This document shows, piece after piece, positions 1 through 9,731 of a DNA stretch of 61,508 nt. The number at the start of each line of letters is the position of its first letter. Within the stretch, counting starts at the first letter, position 1. This DNA is from Rhodobacterales bacterium (lineage in GTDB: Bacteria > Pseudomonadota > Alphaproteobacteria > Rhodobacterales > Rhodobacteraceae), in the NCBI GenBank assembly GCA_031396505.1, contig JANNKX010000108.1, positions 1 to 61,508 of the forward strand, in the 5' to 3' direction. The position numbers and the translations under genes were made by a program. The notes beneath the pieces are model-generated. The model was not told the DNA's origin. It worked only from the letters and a program-made list of their open reading frames with translations, and did no database searches.

Positions 1-690
1 GCAAGCGTTGCACTTTGGGCGGTTGGCACAACGGGCGCAATTGATTTGCCCGCTGAGTACTGGTTTCCGAATGGCAGCACGCGCCCATGGTTCTTTAACC
101 CGTTCTGCTGGCAGTTGATCTTCTTTACCGGCTTTTCATTCATGTCGGGCTGGTTGCCTGCACCGCCTGTCCGCCCGGGCCTGTTGGTGGTGGCCGGCGC
201 AGTGGTGTTGTTGACTGTGCCGTTTGCATGGTCGGGGTTCATCCGCGAGTTTGAATTCCTGCAGTCATGGCGCAAGGACTGGTCGTTCCTGTATGACAAG
301 ACGCATTTCGGTCTTTTGCGGTATGTGCATTTTCTGAGCCTTGCGTATCTGGCGTGGGTGGCTGTTGGACCGCAAGGCGCCCGGCTGCGCGGCAGTGCGC
401 CGTGGACGCAGTTTGTGGCTGTGGTGTCGCGGGTGGGGACGCAATCGCTGGCGGTGTTCATGACGTCGATGGTGTTGGCACGGTTGTTGGGCGTGCTGCT
501 GGATCTTGGCGGACGCGGATTTTTCAACACGACGGCGGTCAACCTTTTTGGGGCCGCATTGATCACGGCTGTCGCCTATTTTGTCAGCTATTTGAAACGC
601 GAGCCGTGGCGCAGCAAGCCAGTGGCCGCAGCCGCCATGCGTGTTGATATGCGCGCGCCGATGATGACGGCAGAAAAGATGCCGACATGA
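1..690 (+). CDS. opgC: OpgC-family polytopic membrane protein (OPG modification), 5' end outside window
   Basis: Frame 1 is open from base 1; the listed ORF 46..690 starts at an internal TTG. Product is very hydrophobic with W/F-rich helices. Stop overlaps the next start (ATGA at 687-690) in an opgG-opgH context. Confidence 0.6.
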   Translation, partial: ASVALWAVGTTGAIDLPAEYWFPNGSTRPWFFNPFCWQLIFFTGFSFMSGWLPAPPVRPGLLVVAGAVVLLTVPFAWSGFIREFEFLQSWRKDWSFLYDKTHFGLLRYVHFLSLAYLAWVAVGPQGARLRGSAPWTQFVAVVSRVGTQSLAVFMTSMVLARLLGVLLDLGGRGFFNTTAVNLFGAALITAVAYFVSYLKREPWRSKPVAAAAMRVDMRAPMMTAEKMPT

Positions 691-2225
691 ACCGCCGCGA
701 AACACTGTCTTTGTTTGGTGCGCTGGCGGCGTTTGGGGCAACAGGTGCGCGTGCCGACACGGTTCTGCCGGAACGCGCAGGCATGACGCTGGGTGTACCT
801 GCCGCGTTTTCGCCCGATATCGTGGTGGCCAAGGCGCGGGCACTGGCAGCGGCGGCCTATGTTGCCCCGCCAAGCGTGCCGAAGGGCTGGCTTGATCTGG
901 ACTATGATCAGTATCGCCAGATCTGGTTTGACACGCGGCATTCGTTGTGGCGCGACCAAGGCGGGGCGGTGCAGGTGGAGTTCTTTCCGGCGGGCCTGTA
1001 TTTTGCCCAGCCAATCACAATAAACGCTGTGGAAGGCGGGCAAACGCGCCCGGTGCTGTTTGAGCTGCGTACCTTTGACGTGACGGACAAATTTCCGGTG
1101 TTACCTGCGGAAGGCATGGGCTTTTCAGGTTTCCGCGTGTTGGGCGAGATCGAGGAAATCGGGACGTTTCAGGAATACGCGGTGTTTCAGGGGGCCAGTT
1201 ATTTCCGCGCCATAGGGCGGGGTCAGAACTACGGGCTGTCGGCGCGTGGGCTTGCGCTTGGCACCGGCAGTGCTGCGGGCGAGGAGTTTCCGACATTTAC
1301 GGAATTCTGGATCGAGGCAGGCGACCCACAAGAGCCGACGGTCACAATCTACGCGCTGCTGGACAGTCCGAGTGTGGCGGGGGCCTATACATTCCGGATT
1401 ACCAAGGGCGATGTGACGGTGATGGACGTGGATTGCCGTCTGTTCCCCCGGGTTGATCTGGCGAATGTGGGGATTGCGCCGGAAACGTCGATGTTCCTGT
1501 TTGATCAGACCAATCGCAACCGCTTTGACGATTTCCGCGACGCGGTGCATGACAGCGATGGTTTGCTGATGCTGAACGGGCAGTCGGAATGGGTCTGGCG
1601 TCCGCTGTCAAACCCGCAAGCATTGGGGATCAGTGCGTTTTCGGACACTGGCCCGCGCGGCTTTGGTCTGATGCAGCGCGCGCGCGATCTTGGTGACTTC
1701 GCGGATCTTGAGGCGCATTATGAACGACGGCCATCGCTGTGGGTGGAGCCCGTTGGCGAATGGGGTCCGGGCAACGTGGTGTTGATCGAGATTCCGGCCG
1801 ACAAGGAAATCTACGACAATATTGTGGCGTTCTGGCGCCCTGCGGCCCCGCTGTTGGCCGGGCAGGAGCGTGCGTTTTCATACCGGCTGCACTGGTGCGC
1901 CGATGCACCGGCCGAAGGGGCGGTCGCGCGGGCGCGCAACACGCGCACAGGTGCCAGAGTATTCGAAGAAGGGCGCCTGTTCACGATTGATTTCGAGGCC
2001 CACCCGGCCTTGGGCGATGACCCATCCCTGATTGAGGCGCGCGTCAGCACGGGCACGGGCGAGATTGGCAGCGCGTTGGTGCAGGTGAACCCGGCGACGG
2101 GAGGGATGCGGTTGGATTTCACGCTGCTGGCACCGGACGCGGCTTATGCGGAAATGCGGGCGGAACTGTTCCGCAACGGGGTTCGCGTCAGTGAAGTCTG
2201 GCTGTACCGATGGGTGGCCGCATGA
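687..2225 (+). CDS. opgG: Periplasmic glucan biosynthesis protein OpgG/OpgD (MdoG family)
   Basis: 512 aa. N-terminal twin-arginine-like signal (MNRRETLSLFGALAAFGATGARA). Length and conserved MdoG-type blocks (EFFPAGLYF, FRVLG, FQGASYFR, ENPxxW-like regions). Directly precedes opgH. Confidence 0.85.
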   Translation: MNRRETLSLFGALAAFGATGARADTVLPERAGMTLGVPAAFSPDIVVAKARALAAAAYVAPPSVPKGWLDLDYDQYRQIWFDTRHSLWRDQGGAVQVEFFPAGLYFAQPITINAVEGGQTRPVLFELRTFDVTDKFPVLPAEGMGFSGFRVLGEIEEIGTFQEYAVFQGASYFRAIGRGQNYGLSARGLALGTGSAAGEEFPTFTEFWIEAGDPQEPTVTIYALLDSPSVAGAYTFRITKGDVTVMDVDCRLFPRVDLANVGIAPETSMFLFDQTNRNRFDDFRDAVHDSDGLLMLNGQSEWVWRPLSNPQALGISAFSDTGPRGFGLMQRARDLGDFADLEAHYERRPSLWVEPVGEWGPGNVVLIEIPADKEIYDNIVAFWRPAAPLLAGQERAFSYRLHWCADAPAEGAVARARNTRTGARVFEEGRLFTIDFEAHPALGDDPSLIEARVSTGTGEIGSALVQVNPATGGMRLDFTLLAPDAAYAEMRAELFRNGVRVSEVWLYRWVAA

Positions 2226-4048
2226 CTGCTGCACTGCGTCACCACGAAAACCTGACGGTTCCTGTGCCGCTTGCGATGCCGGACCAGAACCTGCGCGTGC
2301 CATTCACAGACCCGCGCGCGCCTGGCGCTGGCAAATCGCACGGCGTGTTGGCGCTGCGTCTGTTCCTGTTTGCGGTGCCGCTGGCGATTACCGGCACGAT
2401 CGTGTGGTCGTATTTCGAATGGTTCACGTTGAGCGGGACGCTGTCGATTGCGGCGGCGATGTTGACGGTTCTGACAGCGTTCACGTTTTTCTGGGTCGCA
2501 TTGTCGGTAGGGACGGCCATTCTTGGACTGGTGCGACCTGATACCAAAAGCGTTGGCGGGCGTAATGGTAGCACGGGCCTGCGTGTGGCGATCTTGCTGC
2601 CGATGTATGGTGAACCGGCAGCTGCCACGATTGGCACGGCAACCGCCCTGTTGAAATCGCTGTACGGGCAGGATCAATCGCATCGGTTCAGCCTGCATGT
2701 GCTGTCTGACAGCCGCAATCCGCAGGCCCGCGCCGATGAAGTCAAGGTCATTGACGATCTGCGGGCGCTGTACCCGCATCTGCAGATCAGCTATCGCTGG
2801 CGGGCGGAAAACACGGATTACAAATCAGGCAACCTGCGCGAATGGATCACAACCAAGGGTGCCGATTTTGAGGCAATTCTGATCCTGGATGCGGACAGCG
2901 TGATGGACAGCGAAACGGTTCTGGCGCTGGCTGATGATATGGCGGCCGATCCGACGGTGGGGCTGTTGCAAACGGTACCGCGCCTGTTGCCGGGGCGCAC
3001 CTTGTGGCAGCGTCTGCAGGAGTTTTCAAATCAAGTTTACGGCGTCACCCTTGCGCGCGGTTTCGCCAGTTGGGCGGGGACCGAGGCGAATTTTCTGGGC
3101 CATAACGCGCTGGCACGTACCAGCGCCTTTGCGGCCTGTGCGGGGCTGCCGAAACTGCCCGGGCGCAGACCGATGGGCGGCATCATCCTCAGCCATGACT
3201 TCGTCGAGGCGGCCCTGATCCGTCGTGCAGGATGGACTGTGCGCATGGTGACGGCCCCGGTGGGCAGTTTTGAGGACACGCCGGAAACCACGATTGGCTA
3301 TATCCGCCGCGACCGTCGCTGGTGCCAAGGGAATATGCAGCATTTGCGCATCATGTTCGCGGCGGGTCTGCACCCTGTTTCACGTTTTCACATGATGCAG
3401 GGGGCGATGGCCTATCTTGCGTCGATGACATGGGCGCTATTGTTGGTGTTGTGGGTGATTGTGGGCGATGCATCGACGCCATCGCCGCTGCGGTATTTCA
3501 CATCGGAAAATCCGCTGCTGGTAATCTGGCCGGAAATGCCACTGTTGTCGCAAGCGATGCTGGCGGCGGCAATCTTGCTGACGCTGCTGTTTCCGAAACT
3601 CATTGGTGCAATTGATTTTGTGCGCCGTAACGGGATGAGCGTGGGTCAGGTCGCACCGTTTCTGGCCAGCATGATGGCCGAGCTAGTGGCCTCGATTCTT
3701 TGTGCGCCGATGATGATGGTGCAGCATGTGCGCGCCGTTGTGCGGACCTTTGCGGGCTTTGATACGGGTTGGGTGCCGCACAGCAATGGCACGCCGCGAT
3801 TTGCCGAATTGCTGCGTTTTCATGCGGTGGAAACGGTGTTGGGTGCGGTGATGATCGGCGTGGGCGCAATGGGTTGGTTGAGCCTGTGGTTGATGCCAAT
3901 TGCGGGTTGTCTGCTGCTGGCAGCGCCGTCGGCGGCCATTCTGGCACAAGACGCGCAGACCTGGCCGCTGTTTCGGTTCGGGCAAAACCCCGGCCTGCGC
4001 CCGGCCAAGCCGCGGCCGGCGTCCGACAGACCAAAGGTGGCGCAATGA
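2210..4048 (+). CDS. opgH: Glucans biosynthesis glucosyltransferase H (GT2, OpgH/MdoH)
   Basis: 612 aa. N- and C-terminal TM helices flank a GT2 core with the DAD motif (ILILDADSVM) and a QxxRW-like motif (RRDRRWCQGN). Overlaps opgG by 16 nt. Confidence 0.9.
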   Translation: MGGRMTAALRHHENLTVPVPLAMPDQNLRVPFTDPRAPGAGKSHGVLALRLFLFAVPLAITGTIVWSYFEWFTLSGTLSIAAAMLTVLTAFTFFWVALSVGTAILGLVRPDTKSVGGRNGSTGLRVAILLPMYGEPAAATIGTATALLKSLYGQDQSHRFSLHVLSDSRNPQARADEVKVIDDLRALYPHLQISYRWRAENTDYKSGNLREWITTKGADFEAILILDADSVMDSETVLALADDMAADPTVGLLQTVPRLLPGRTLWQRLQEFSNQVYGVTLARGFASWAGTEANFLGHNALARTSAFAACAGLPKLPGRRPMGGIILSHDFVEAALIRRAGWTVRMVTAPVGSFEDTPETTIGYIRRDRRWCQGNMQHLRIMFAAGLHPVSRFHMMQGAMAYLASMTWALLLVLWVIVGDASTPSPLRYFTSENPLLVIWPEMPLLSQAMLAAAILLTLLFPKLIGAIDFVRRNGMSVGQVAPFLASMMAELVASILCAPMMMVQHVRAVVRTFAGFDTGWVPHSNGTPRFAELLRFHAVETVLGAVMIGVGAMGWLSLWLMPIAGCLLLAAPSAAILAQDAQTWPLFRFGQNPGLRPAKPRPASDRPKVAQ

Positions 4049-4875
4049 TGCTGCGGGTGATAGTTTTAATGCTGTTGGGGACGGCGCAAGCGGCCTTTGC
4101 GCAATGCGGGGCATCGCCTGATCTGTGTACCATTCCGACAGGCAGCTATCATGCCGTTCTGCCCGCGACGGGCGATGATGCCCCGCCTGCGGTTGTTTTC
4201 ATGCATGGATGGGGTGGTGACGGTGCGGGGACGCTGTCCAACCGGGGCATGGTTGATGCCCTGACGGCGCGCGGTTATGCGGTGATTGCGCTGGACGGAT
4301 CACCGCGCGAAGGGCGCAACGGGCGCGGTTGGAACTTTCGCGCCGATCAACAGGGGCGTGACGATGGGACCTTTGCCGCCGCCGCCGCCGATGACGCCGC
4401 AGCGCGATTTGGCCTTGATCGTGCGCGTATGGTGCTGGCGGGGTTTTCAGTGGGCGGATCAATGGTCAGTTATGTCGCGTGTGCGACGCCCGATGCATTC
4501 AGCGCCTATGCACCGATATCGGGAAATTTCTGGCGGCCACATCCGGAGGCCTGTGCAGGGCCTGTGCGGATGTTCCACATCCATGGCTGGACGGATGGCA
4601 CCGTGCCTTTGGAAGGGCGGATGTTGCGCGGCGGTGCGATACAACAGGGCGACGTGTTTGGCGCGATGGAAATTTGGCGCGCCACCAATGGCTGTGCCAA
4701 GCCCAATCCTGATGGTTTTGCGACAGTTGGCGACACGCAGATCCGGCGTTGGGACGAAAGCTGTGCGCCCGGTTCAAGCCTTGCCCTGGCGCTGCACGCA
4801 GGCGGGCACAAGGTGCCAAAGGGCTGGGCCGACCTGATGCTCGACTGGGTTGAAGGGCTGTCACCGTCGCAATGA
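4045..4875 (+). CDS. Secreted alpha/beta-hydrolase, PHB-depolymerase/LpqC-type esterase family
   Basis: Internal ATG at 4045 overlaps the opgH stop (ATGA). Signal peptide MMLRVIVLMLLGTAQAAFA. Esterase-like blocks VVFMHGWGGDG and GFSVGGSM (GxSxG). The listed 3769 start is an antisense-free extension into opgH. Confidence 0.7.
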   Translation: MMLRVIVLMLLGTAQAAFAQCGASPDLCTIPTGSYHAVLPATGDDAPPAVVFMHGWGGDGAGTLSNRGMVDALTARGYAVIALDGSPREGRNGRGWNFRADQQGRDDGTFAAAAADDAAARFGLDRARMVLAGFSVGGSMVSYVACATPDAFSAYAPISGNFWRPHPEACAGPVRMFHIHGWTDGTVPLEGRMLRGGAIQQGDVFGAMEIWRATNGCAKPNPDGFATVGDTQIRRWDESCAPGSSLALALHAGGHKVPKGWADLMLDWVEGLSPSQ

Positions 4876-6102
4876 GGCCGAAACGACGCCCTGCGCGATC
4901 CAGGCATCGAATTGCGCCAGCACCGCATCCGTAAAGGCCACATCGTTGATATGCCCGGCGACTTCGCGCAGTACCACGTTCGGCGGACACTGCGCGCGCA
5001 TTTCGGCAATGAAGGCCACAAGACCCGCGGGATCAGCCAAGGGCGCGCCTGCACGATCCCATTCGTTGCAGCCATCCAGCGGCAGAAACAGGGTAACCGG
5101 GGCCTTGGCGCCTGCAAGTTTTTTGCACAGCACGCGTGCCAAGGACCGCCGTTCATCGATATTCAGCAGCACAGATGAAATCAGCCGATTATGGGCATGC
5201 GCCTGATGCGCCGCGAATTGTGCGGGGCGGGGATGCCAACCCACAAAATCCAGCAGGTCATAGCACCCCGGCGCCACCATCTGCGGCACGCCTGTATGCC
5301 CGGCCGCCGTCATCCTGTCTGGTCCAGCCGTAATTGCGGACCCGAAGAGGTGATTGCCCACCTCTTGCGGGGCGAAATCCATCACGCAGGCGAAACGCCC
5401 TTCAGCTGTCAGCGCCTCATACGCGCGGCCGCCCATGCCGGTGGCATGAAATACAACCAGATCGAAACCGCGCGCGGCAAGGGCGGGTTTCAGGGCCACC
5501 ATATAGCGCAGGACGGTTTTGCCAAAGCTGGTCATGCCAACCATCGGGCGCGTGGTCACGGGTGGCTCTGCCGCGCGCGCGGCCCCAAGTACCGCGCCCG
5601 CCGCCTGTGACAGCGACGCCTTGCAGATCGCGTTCAACCCATAGAGACCGCCAGCCCAAAGGATCATCTGCGTATCCGGAGCAAGCCGTTCAGGCGGGAT
5701 CATGGCAGAGAAGCTGACGGTTGAGACGATATATTTTGGAACGCCCAGAGGCAGGGCGGCGCAGAGATCAAGGGCGAGGTCGGTGCCCATCGATCCGCCC
5801 AGCACAATCACACCGTCAAACTGCCCTGCGTCATGCAGGCTGCGCGCCAAACGTGATGCCCCGTTCGCCATGATCTGCATCGCATGGTTTTCATCGCCCG
5901 TGGTGATGACATCTTTGATCGTCGCGCCTGCAGCTTGGGCGACATCATGCTTTGACCAGTCAGTCGCGCGTGTGGGATCGCCAAGAACAGACACATCCAT
6001 GGTCAAGGCGGACCCGCCCTGCCGATGAATGACATCAGCAAGATAAGTCAGTTCGTCATCCTTGGTGTCATAGGTGCCGACAATCAGAATGCGGTCGCTC
6101 AA
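4861..6102 (-). CDS. Tm-1-like ATP-binding domain protein (UPF0261 family)
   Basis: 413 aa. N-terminus MSDRILIVGTYDTKDDEL and overall two-domain layout are typical of UPF0261/Tm-1-like proteins. Confidence 0.65.
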   Translation of the reverse strand: MSDRILIVGTYDTKDDELTYLADVIHRQGGSALTMDVSVLGDPTRATDWSKHDVAQAAGATIKDVITTGDENHAMQIMANGASRLARSLHDAGQFDGVIVLGGSMGTDLALDLCAALPLGVPKYIVSTVSFSAMIPPERLAPDTQMILWAGGLYGLNAICKASLSQAAGAVLGAARAAEPPVTTRPMVGMTSFGKTVLRYMVALKPALAARGFDLVVFHATGMGGRAYEALTAEGRFACVMDFAPQEVGNHLFGSAITAGPDRMTAAGHTGVPQMVAPGCYDLLDFVGWHPRPAQFAAHQAHAHNRLISSVLLNIDERRSLARVLCKKLAGAKAPVTLFLPLDGCNEWDRAGAPLADPAGLVAFIAEMRAQCPPNVVLREVAGHINDVAFTDAVLAQFDAWIAQGVVSASLRR

Positions 6103-6129
6103 GGTGAAATCTCCGCGATCGAGACACTG

Positions 6130-7617
6130 TTATAGCTGAATCCATGCCGTCTTTAGATCGGTGTACTTGTCCAGCGCATACAGTGATTTGTCATGCCCGT
6201 TGCCCGACTGCCGCATGCCGCCCAACGGCACGGTGCCATCCGCCCCGCCATAGGTGTTCACATGCACGACGCCCGACTTGATGCCGCGCACCATACGATG
6301 CGCGCGTGACAGGTTTGCCGTCCAGACGCCCGCCGCAAGGCCGTAATCGGTGGCATTTGCCAAGAACAGGGCCTCATCCTCGGTCGCAAAGGGCGTCACG
6401 GCCAGAACCGGGCCGAACACTTCTTCGCGAAACAGCCGGTGCGTGGGTTGCACCGCCGTGATCACAGTCGGGTTCATGTAGTAGCCCCCCGTGTCTGCAA
6501 GACAGCGATTGCCGCCCAAAACCAGATCGCCACCTTCTGCCACCGCATCCGTGACAAACCGCAGGTTGCCGTCCAGCTGCCGTAAACTGTTGACCGCGCC
6601 AATTTGGGTTTGCAGGCTCAGCGGGTTACCGACCACCATCTTTCGGGCCTCTTGCGCCAGCATAGAAACAAATTCATCGTGCACAGAGGCCTCGACCAGC
6701 AGCCTTGACCCTGCCACGCAGACCTGCCCGGCATTGCGAAAAATCCCGGCCGCCGATACTTTTGCCGCCAGCGCGAGGTCGGGCGCGTCGGCAAAGACGA
6801 TATTGGGCGACTTGCCCCCCAGTTCCAGAAAACACCGCTTCAGATTAGATTGCGCCGATGCCTGCAACAGCCGCCGGCCCGTCGCCCCCGACCCGGTGAA
6901 GACCAGAACATCCACATCCATCGACATTGAAAGCGCATGTCCGGTCACGGCACCCGGCCCTGTGATCACATTCAAGACGCCGGGCGGTAATCCCGCCGCC
7001 AGCGCGAGTTCTGCCAGCCGCAGCAACGACAGTGACGCTGTTTCCGCCGGTTTCAGGACGACCGAATTACCCATCGCCAGCGCAGGCGCAAGTTTCCATG
7101 CACCGATCATCAGGGGAAAATTCCACGGCACAATCGCGCCGACAACGCCCACCGGTTCGCGGGTGACAAGTGCCAGCACGTTTTGCGGTGTGGGCGCGAC
7201 CTCGCCCATCACTTTGTCAATTGCCTCGGCATAGTAGCGGAAGGTCGCAGCGGCACTTCCCGGTTCGGCCTTCAGGGCCATGGCAATGTCTGTGCCGTTG
7301 TCGCGGACCCCCAGAACGCCAAGTTCGAGACTGTTTTTGTCAATCAGATCGGCCAGACGATGCAGCACGACCTTGCGCGCGGCGGGGGCGGCGCGCGACC
7401 AAACCCCACTGTCATAGGCGGCACGGGCCATTGCAACGGCCCTGTCCACGTCTGACACGCTTGCGCTGGCGATCGTTGTCAGGCGCTGTCCGTCAATCGG
7501 TGTGATCACATCCAGCGGCGTATCCTGGCCATCGACCCAGGTCCCACCAATCAGCAATCTGCCGGAGGGAACCGGCAAGGCGGCAAGTGCGTCGATCCGG
7601 TCTTGGTCATGTGTCAT
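6130..7617 (-). CDS. NAD(P)-dependent aldehyde dehydrogenase
   Basis: ALDH signatures FLELGGKSP (catalytic Glu) and GQVCVAGSR (catalytic Cys). Start placed at MTHDQ (ATG 7617), 11 nt into the tctA 3' end. The listed 7674 start would overlap tctA by 68 nt. Confidence 0.88.
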   Translation of the reverse strand: MTHDQDRIDALAALPVPSGRLLIGGTWVDGQDTPLDVITPIDGQRLTTIASASVSDVDRAVAMARAAYDSGVWSRAAPAARKVVLHRLADLIDKNSLELGVLGVRDNGTDIAMALKAEPGSAAATFRYYAEAIDKVMGEVAPTPQNVLALVTREPVGVVGAIVPWNFPLMIGAWKLAPALAMGNSVVLKPAETASLSLLRLAELALAAGLPPGVLNVITGPGAVTGHALSMSMDVDVLVFTGSGATGRRLLQASAQSNLKRCFLELGGKSPNIVFADAPDLALAAKVSAAGIFRNAGQVCVAGSRLLVEASVHDEFVSMLAQEARKMVVGNPLSLQTQIGAVNSLRQLDGNLRFVTDAVAEGGDLVLGGNRCLADTGGYYMNPTVITAVQPTHRLFREEVFGPVLAVTPFATEDEALFLANATDYGLAAGVWTANLSRAHRMVRGIKSGVVHVNTYGGADGTVPLGGMRQSGNGHDKSLYALDKYTDLKTAWIQL

Positions 7618-9106
7618 TGGCCAGCCTTCTGTCCGATGTGCGTGCCTTGAGCCAGCCCCGCAGCGTAAGAACAATCAGAACGGCAATCGCCGCCACCATC
7701 ACGGCGGAAATCGGCCGCGTCATAAAGATGGTCAGATCACCATTCGCCCCGCCCAACGCCTGCCGCATCCGTCCTTCGACAATCGGACCCATCACGACGC
7801 CCAGCAGGATTGGCGTTAGTGGCCAGCGATGGCTGCGCAAAATATAGCCTAATATAGCGAAAACCATCGCAATCCCGACGTTGGAAAAACTGTAATTCGT
7901 GGCATAGGTCCCGATCAGCGACAGCGTCAGGATGACCACGCCGAGGAACCGCTTGTTAATCAGGGCGGCCTTGGCGATCAGGTTGGTGGCCAGCAGCAGA
8001 AACAGGATAATTACGATATTCATCACCAGCAGCGTCCAATACAGACCCGCCACGAATTCGGGCCGGTCAATAAACAGTTGCGGCCCCGGAATGACGTTAT
8101 GCACGAGAAACACCGCCAGCATCATCGCAGTCAACTCCTCGCCCGGAATGCCGAGGGCCAGCATCGGGATCAGGGCGGCGGGGGGCACGGCGTTGTTCGT
8201 GGCCTCCGATACGATAATGCCTTCCGGCGCGCCCTTGCCGAACAGATGACCCTCGGGTGAGAATTTCTTGGCGATCGTGTAGGTTACCTGCTGCGCCAGA
8301 AATTCACCAACCCCCGGCATGATGCCGCAGATGATGCCGAAAAGGGATGATCCGTAAAGCGTGCGCTGATACTTGAACACCTCTGTAAATCCCTGAAAAA
8401 AATGGCCCTTCAGTTGCACGATAGGCTTGCTCTCGGACCGCGAGGTCAGCTGCACAAGTGCCTCTGACATCGCGAAAAGACCGATGACCATCGGCACCAA
8501 GGGAATGCCGCCCAACAGCGAAGGCAAGCCGAAACTGTAGCGTTGGGTGGAGTAGGCGGTTTCAATGCCCACGGTCGCAAGGAACAAACCGAAGGCCAGC
8601 GCCGCCGTTGCCTCCACCCGACGTCCGCCATTACCGACGATGACCAGAACAAGTGCTGCAATCGCCAGCATCGCAAATTCCGCCGATCCAAAGTATTTCG
8701 CCACATTGGCCAAGGGTTGCGACAGCAACATCAACGCCAGCACTGCCAGCACGCCCCCCACGAACGATGATGAATACGCCAGCGACAGCGCACGTCGCGC
8801 CTCGCCCCGGTCGACGAACGGCTTGGCCTCCATCGCCGTCATCACCGCCACCGGGCTGCCGGGCGTGTTGATCATCACTGCCGGGATGGCCGACCCGTAG
8901 GCCGCGCCGCAGTACACGCCCAAAAGCAGCGTCATGCCGTTCAGCGGATCCATTGAAAAGGTTGTGGGTAGCAAGATTGCAATCGTGACAGCCGCCCCTG
9001 CGCCGGGAATTGCGCCGACGATGACGCCCAGAATTGCGCCGATACACATGGTCAGAAAAACGGCAGGGTCACCGAGTTGCGCCAGACCTGTTAGCAGAAA
9101 TTCCAT
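7607..9106 (-). CDS. tctA: Tripartite tricarboxylate transporter large permease TctA
   Basis: 499 aa polytopic membrane protein with a TctA-type N-terminus (MEFLLTGLAQLGDP...GAIPGAG). Follows tctC-tctB. Confidence 0.88.
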   Translation of the reverse strand: MEFLLTGLAQLGDPAVFLTMCIGAILGVIVGAIPGAGAAVTIAILLPTTFSMDPLNGMTLLLGVYCGAAYGSAIPAVMINTPGSPVAVMTAMEAKPFVDRGEARRALSLAYSSSFVGGVLAVLALMLLSQPLANVAKYFGSAEFAMLAIAALVLVIVGNGGRRVEATAALAFGLFLATVGIETAYSTQRYSFGLPSLLGGIPLVPMVIGLFAMSEALVQLTSRSESKPIVQLKGHFFQGFTEVFKYQRTLYGSSLFGIICGIMPGVGEFLAQQVTYTIAKKFSPEGHLFGKGAPEGIIVSEATNNAVPPAALIPMLALGIPGEELTAMMLAVFLVHNVIPGPQLFIDRPEFVAGLYWTLLVMNIVIILFLLLATNLIAKAALINKRFLGVVILTLSLIGTYATNYSFSNVGIAMVFAILGYILRSHRWPLTPILLGVVMGPIVEGRMRQALGGANGDLTIFMTRPISAVMVAAIAVLIVLTLRGWLKARTSDRRLANDT

Positions 9107-9118
9107 ATGCCCAGCCCT

Positions 9119-9670
9119 TCAGAACCAGCGGATCAGCGCGGAACGCATCCCGTCGGGGAAGTATTCGTAGAATGCGGGCGCTGGCATCCAGACGCCAAGC
9201 CCGATGCGGAACACGGCGACCATAAAGATGGCAGCGCCCAATCCGGCGATGATCCAGCGGGGAGCAGTGAGCTTCACGCGCAACATCAGGACCATGATGA
9301 AGATCAGCGTCGATGGGAAATAACCGACATGCTGGATTGCAAAGACGTAGATGCCAAAGCAGGATAAAAACTCGAATGGGCGCAGCCAGCCCAGCAGTTT
9401 TGTCCAACCCTCGGCGCGTTCTGCAAAGGACGGCGGGTTGCGGCGCAGATCGATAACGTCACGGGCCAACGTGATGACATTGGCCCCAACCAGCAGACAC
9501 AGCGCAATCGCGGGCATCAGCATGGGCCGCGTCCACCAGCCCGCCGTATCTGGGCCCCAGCGGGTTGCAATGCCGATGCAGGCCAAAAGCGTCACTGATA
9601 TGGCCGAAAACAACAGGGTCAGGGCAAAACCTTCGATACGGTTGGCGTCGGTTTCGATTTGTTCTGACAT
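9119..9670 (-). CDS. tctB: Tripartite tricarboxylate transporter small subunit TctB
   Basis: 183 aa four-helix hydrophobic protein located between tctC and tctA. Confidence 0.7.
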   Translation of the reverse strand: MSEQIETDANRIEGFALTLLFSAISVTLLACIGIATRWGPDTAGWWTRPMLMPAIALCLLVGANVITLARDVIDLRRNPPSFAERAEGWTKLLGWLRPFEFLSCFGIYVFAIQHVGYFPSTLIFIMVLMLRVKLTAPRWIIAGLGAAIFMVAVFRIGLGVWMPAPAFYEYFPDGMRSALIRWF

Positions 9671-9691
9671 GCTGTCCCCGCAGAAAAGGAA

Positions 9692-9725
9692 AAAGGCGGG
9701 GGCGCAAAGGGGCCATCCCGCCTTT
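9692..9725 (-). terminator. Intra-operon hairpin (attenuator/terminator-like) between tctC and tctB
   Basis: AAAGGCGGG - 16 nt - CCCGCCTTT. On the minus strand the stem is followed by TTCCTTTTCT. Confidence 0.45.
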
Positions 9726-9731
9726 CGCAGA

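Noticed and set aside
3769-4044. N-terminal extensions given by the ORF track (3769 for the esterase; also 28285 for P450, 28694 for GATase, 26987 for GntR, 50983 for Lrp, 50766 for HppD, 56284 for AccD, 36233 for MotA, 20224 for HlyD, 18873 for MotB, 59237 for TetR, 60428 for nitroreductase)
   Set aside because: The extensions overlap neighbouring genes or promoters and lack family-typical residues. Internal starts with SD sequences or ATGA coupling reproduce canonical N-termini.
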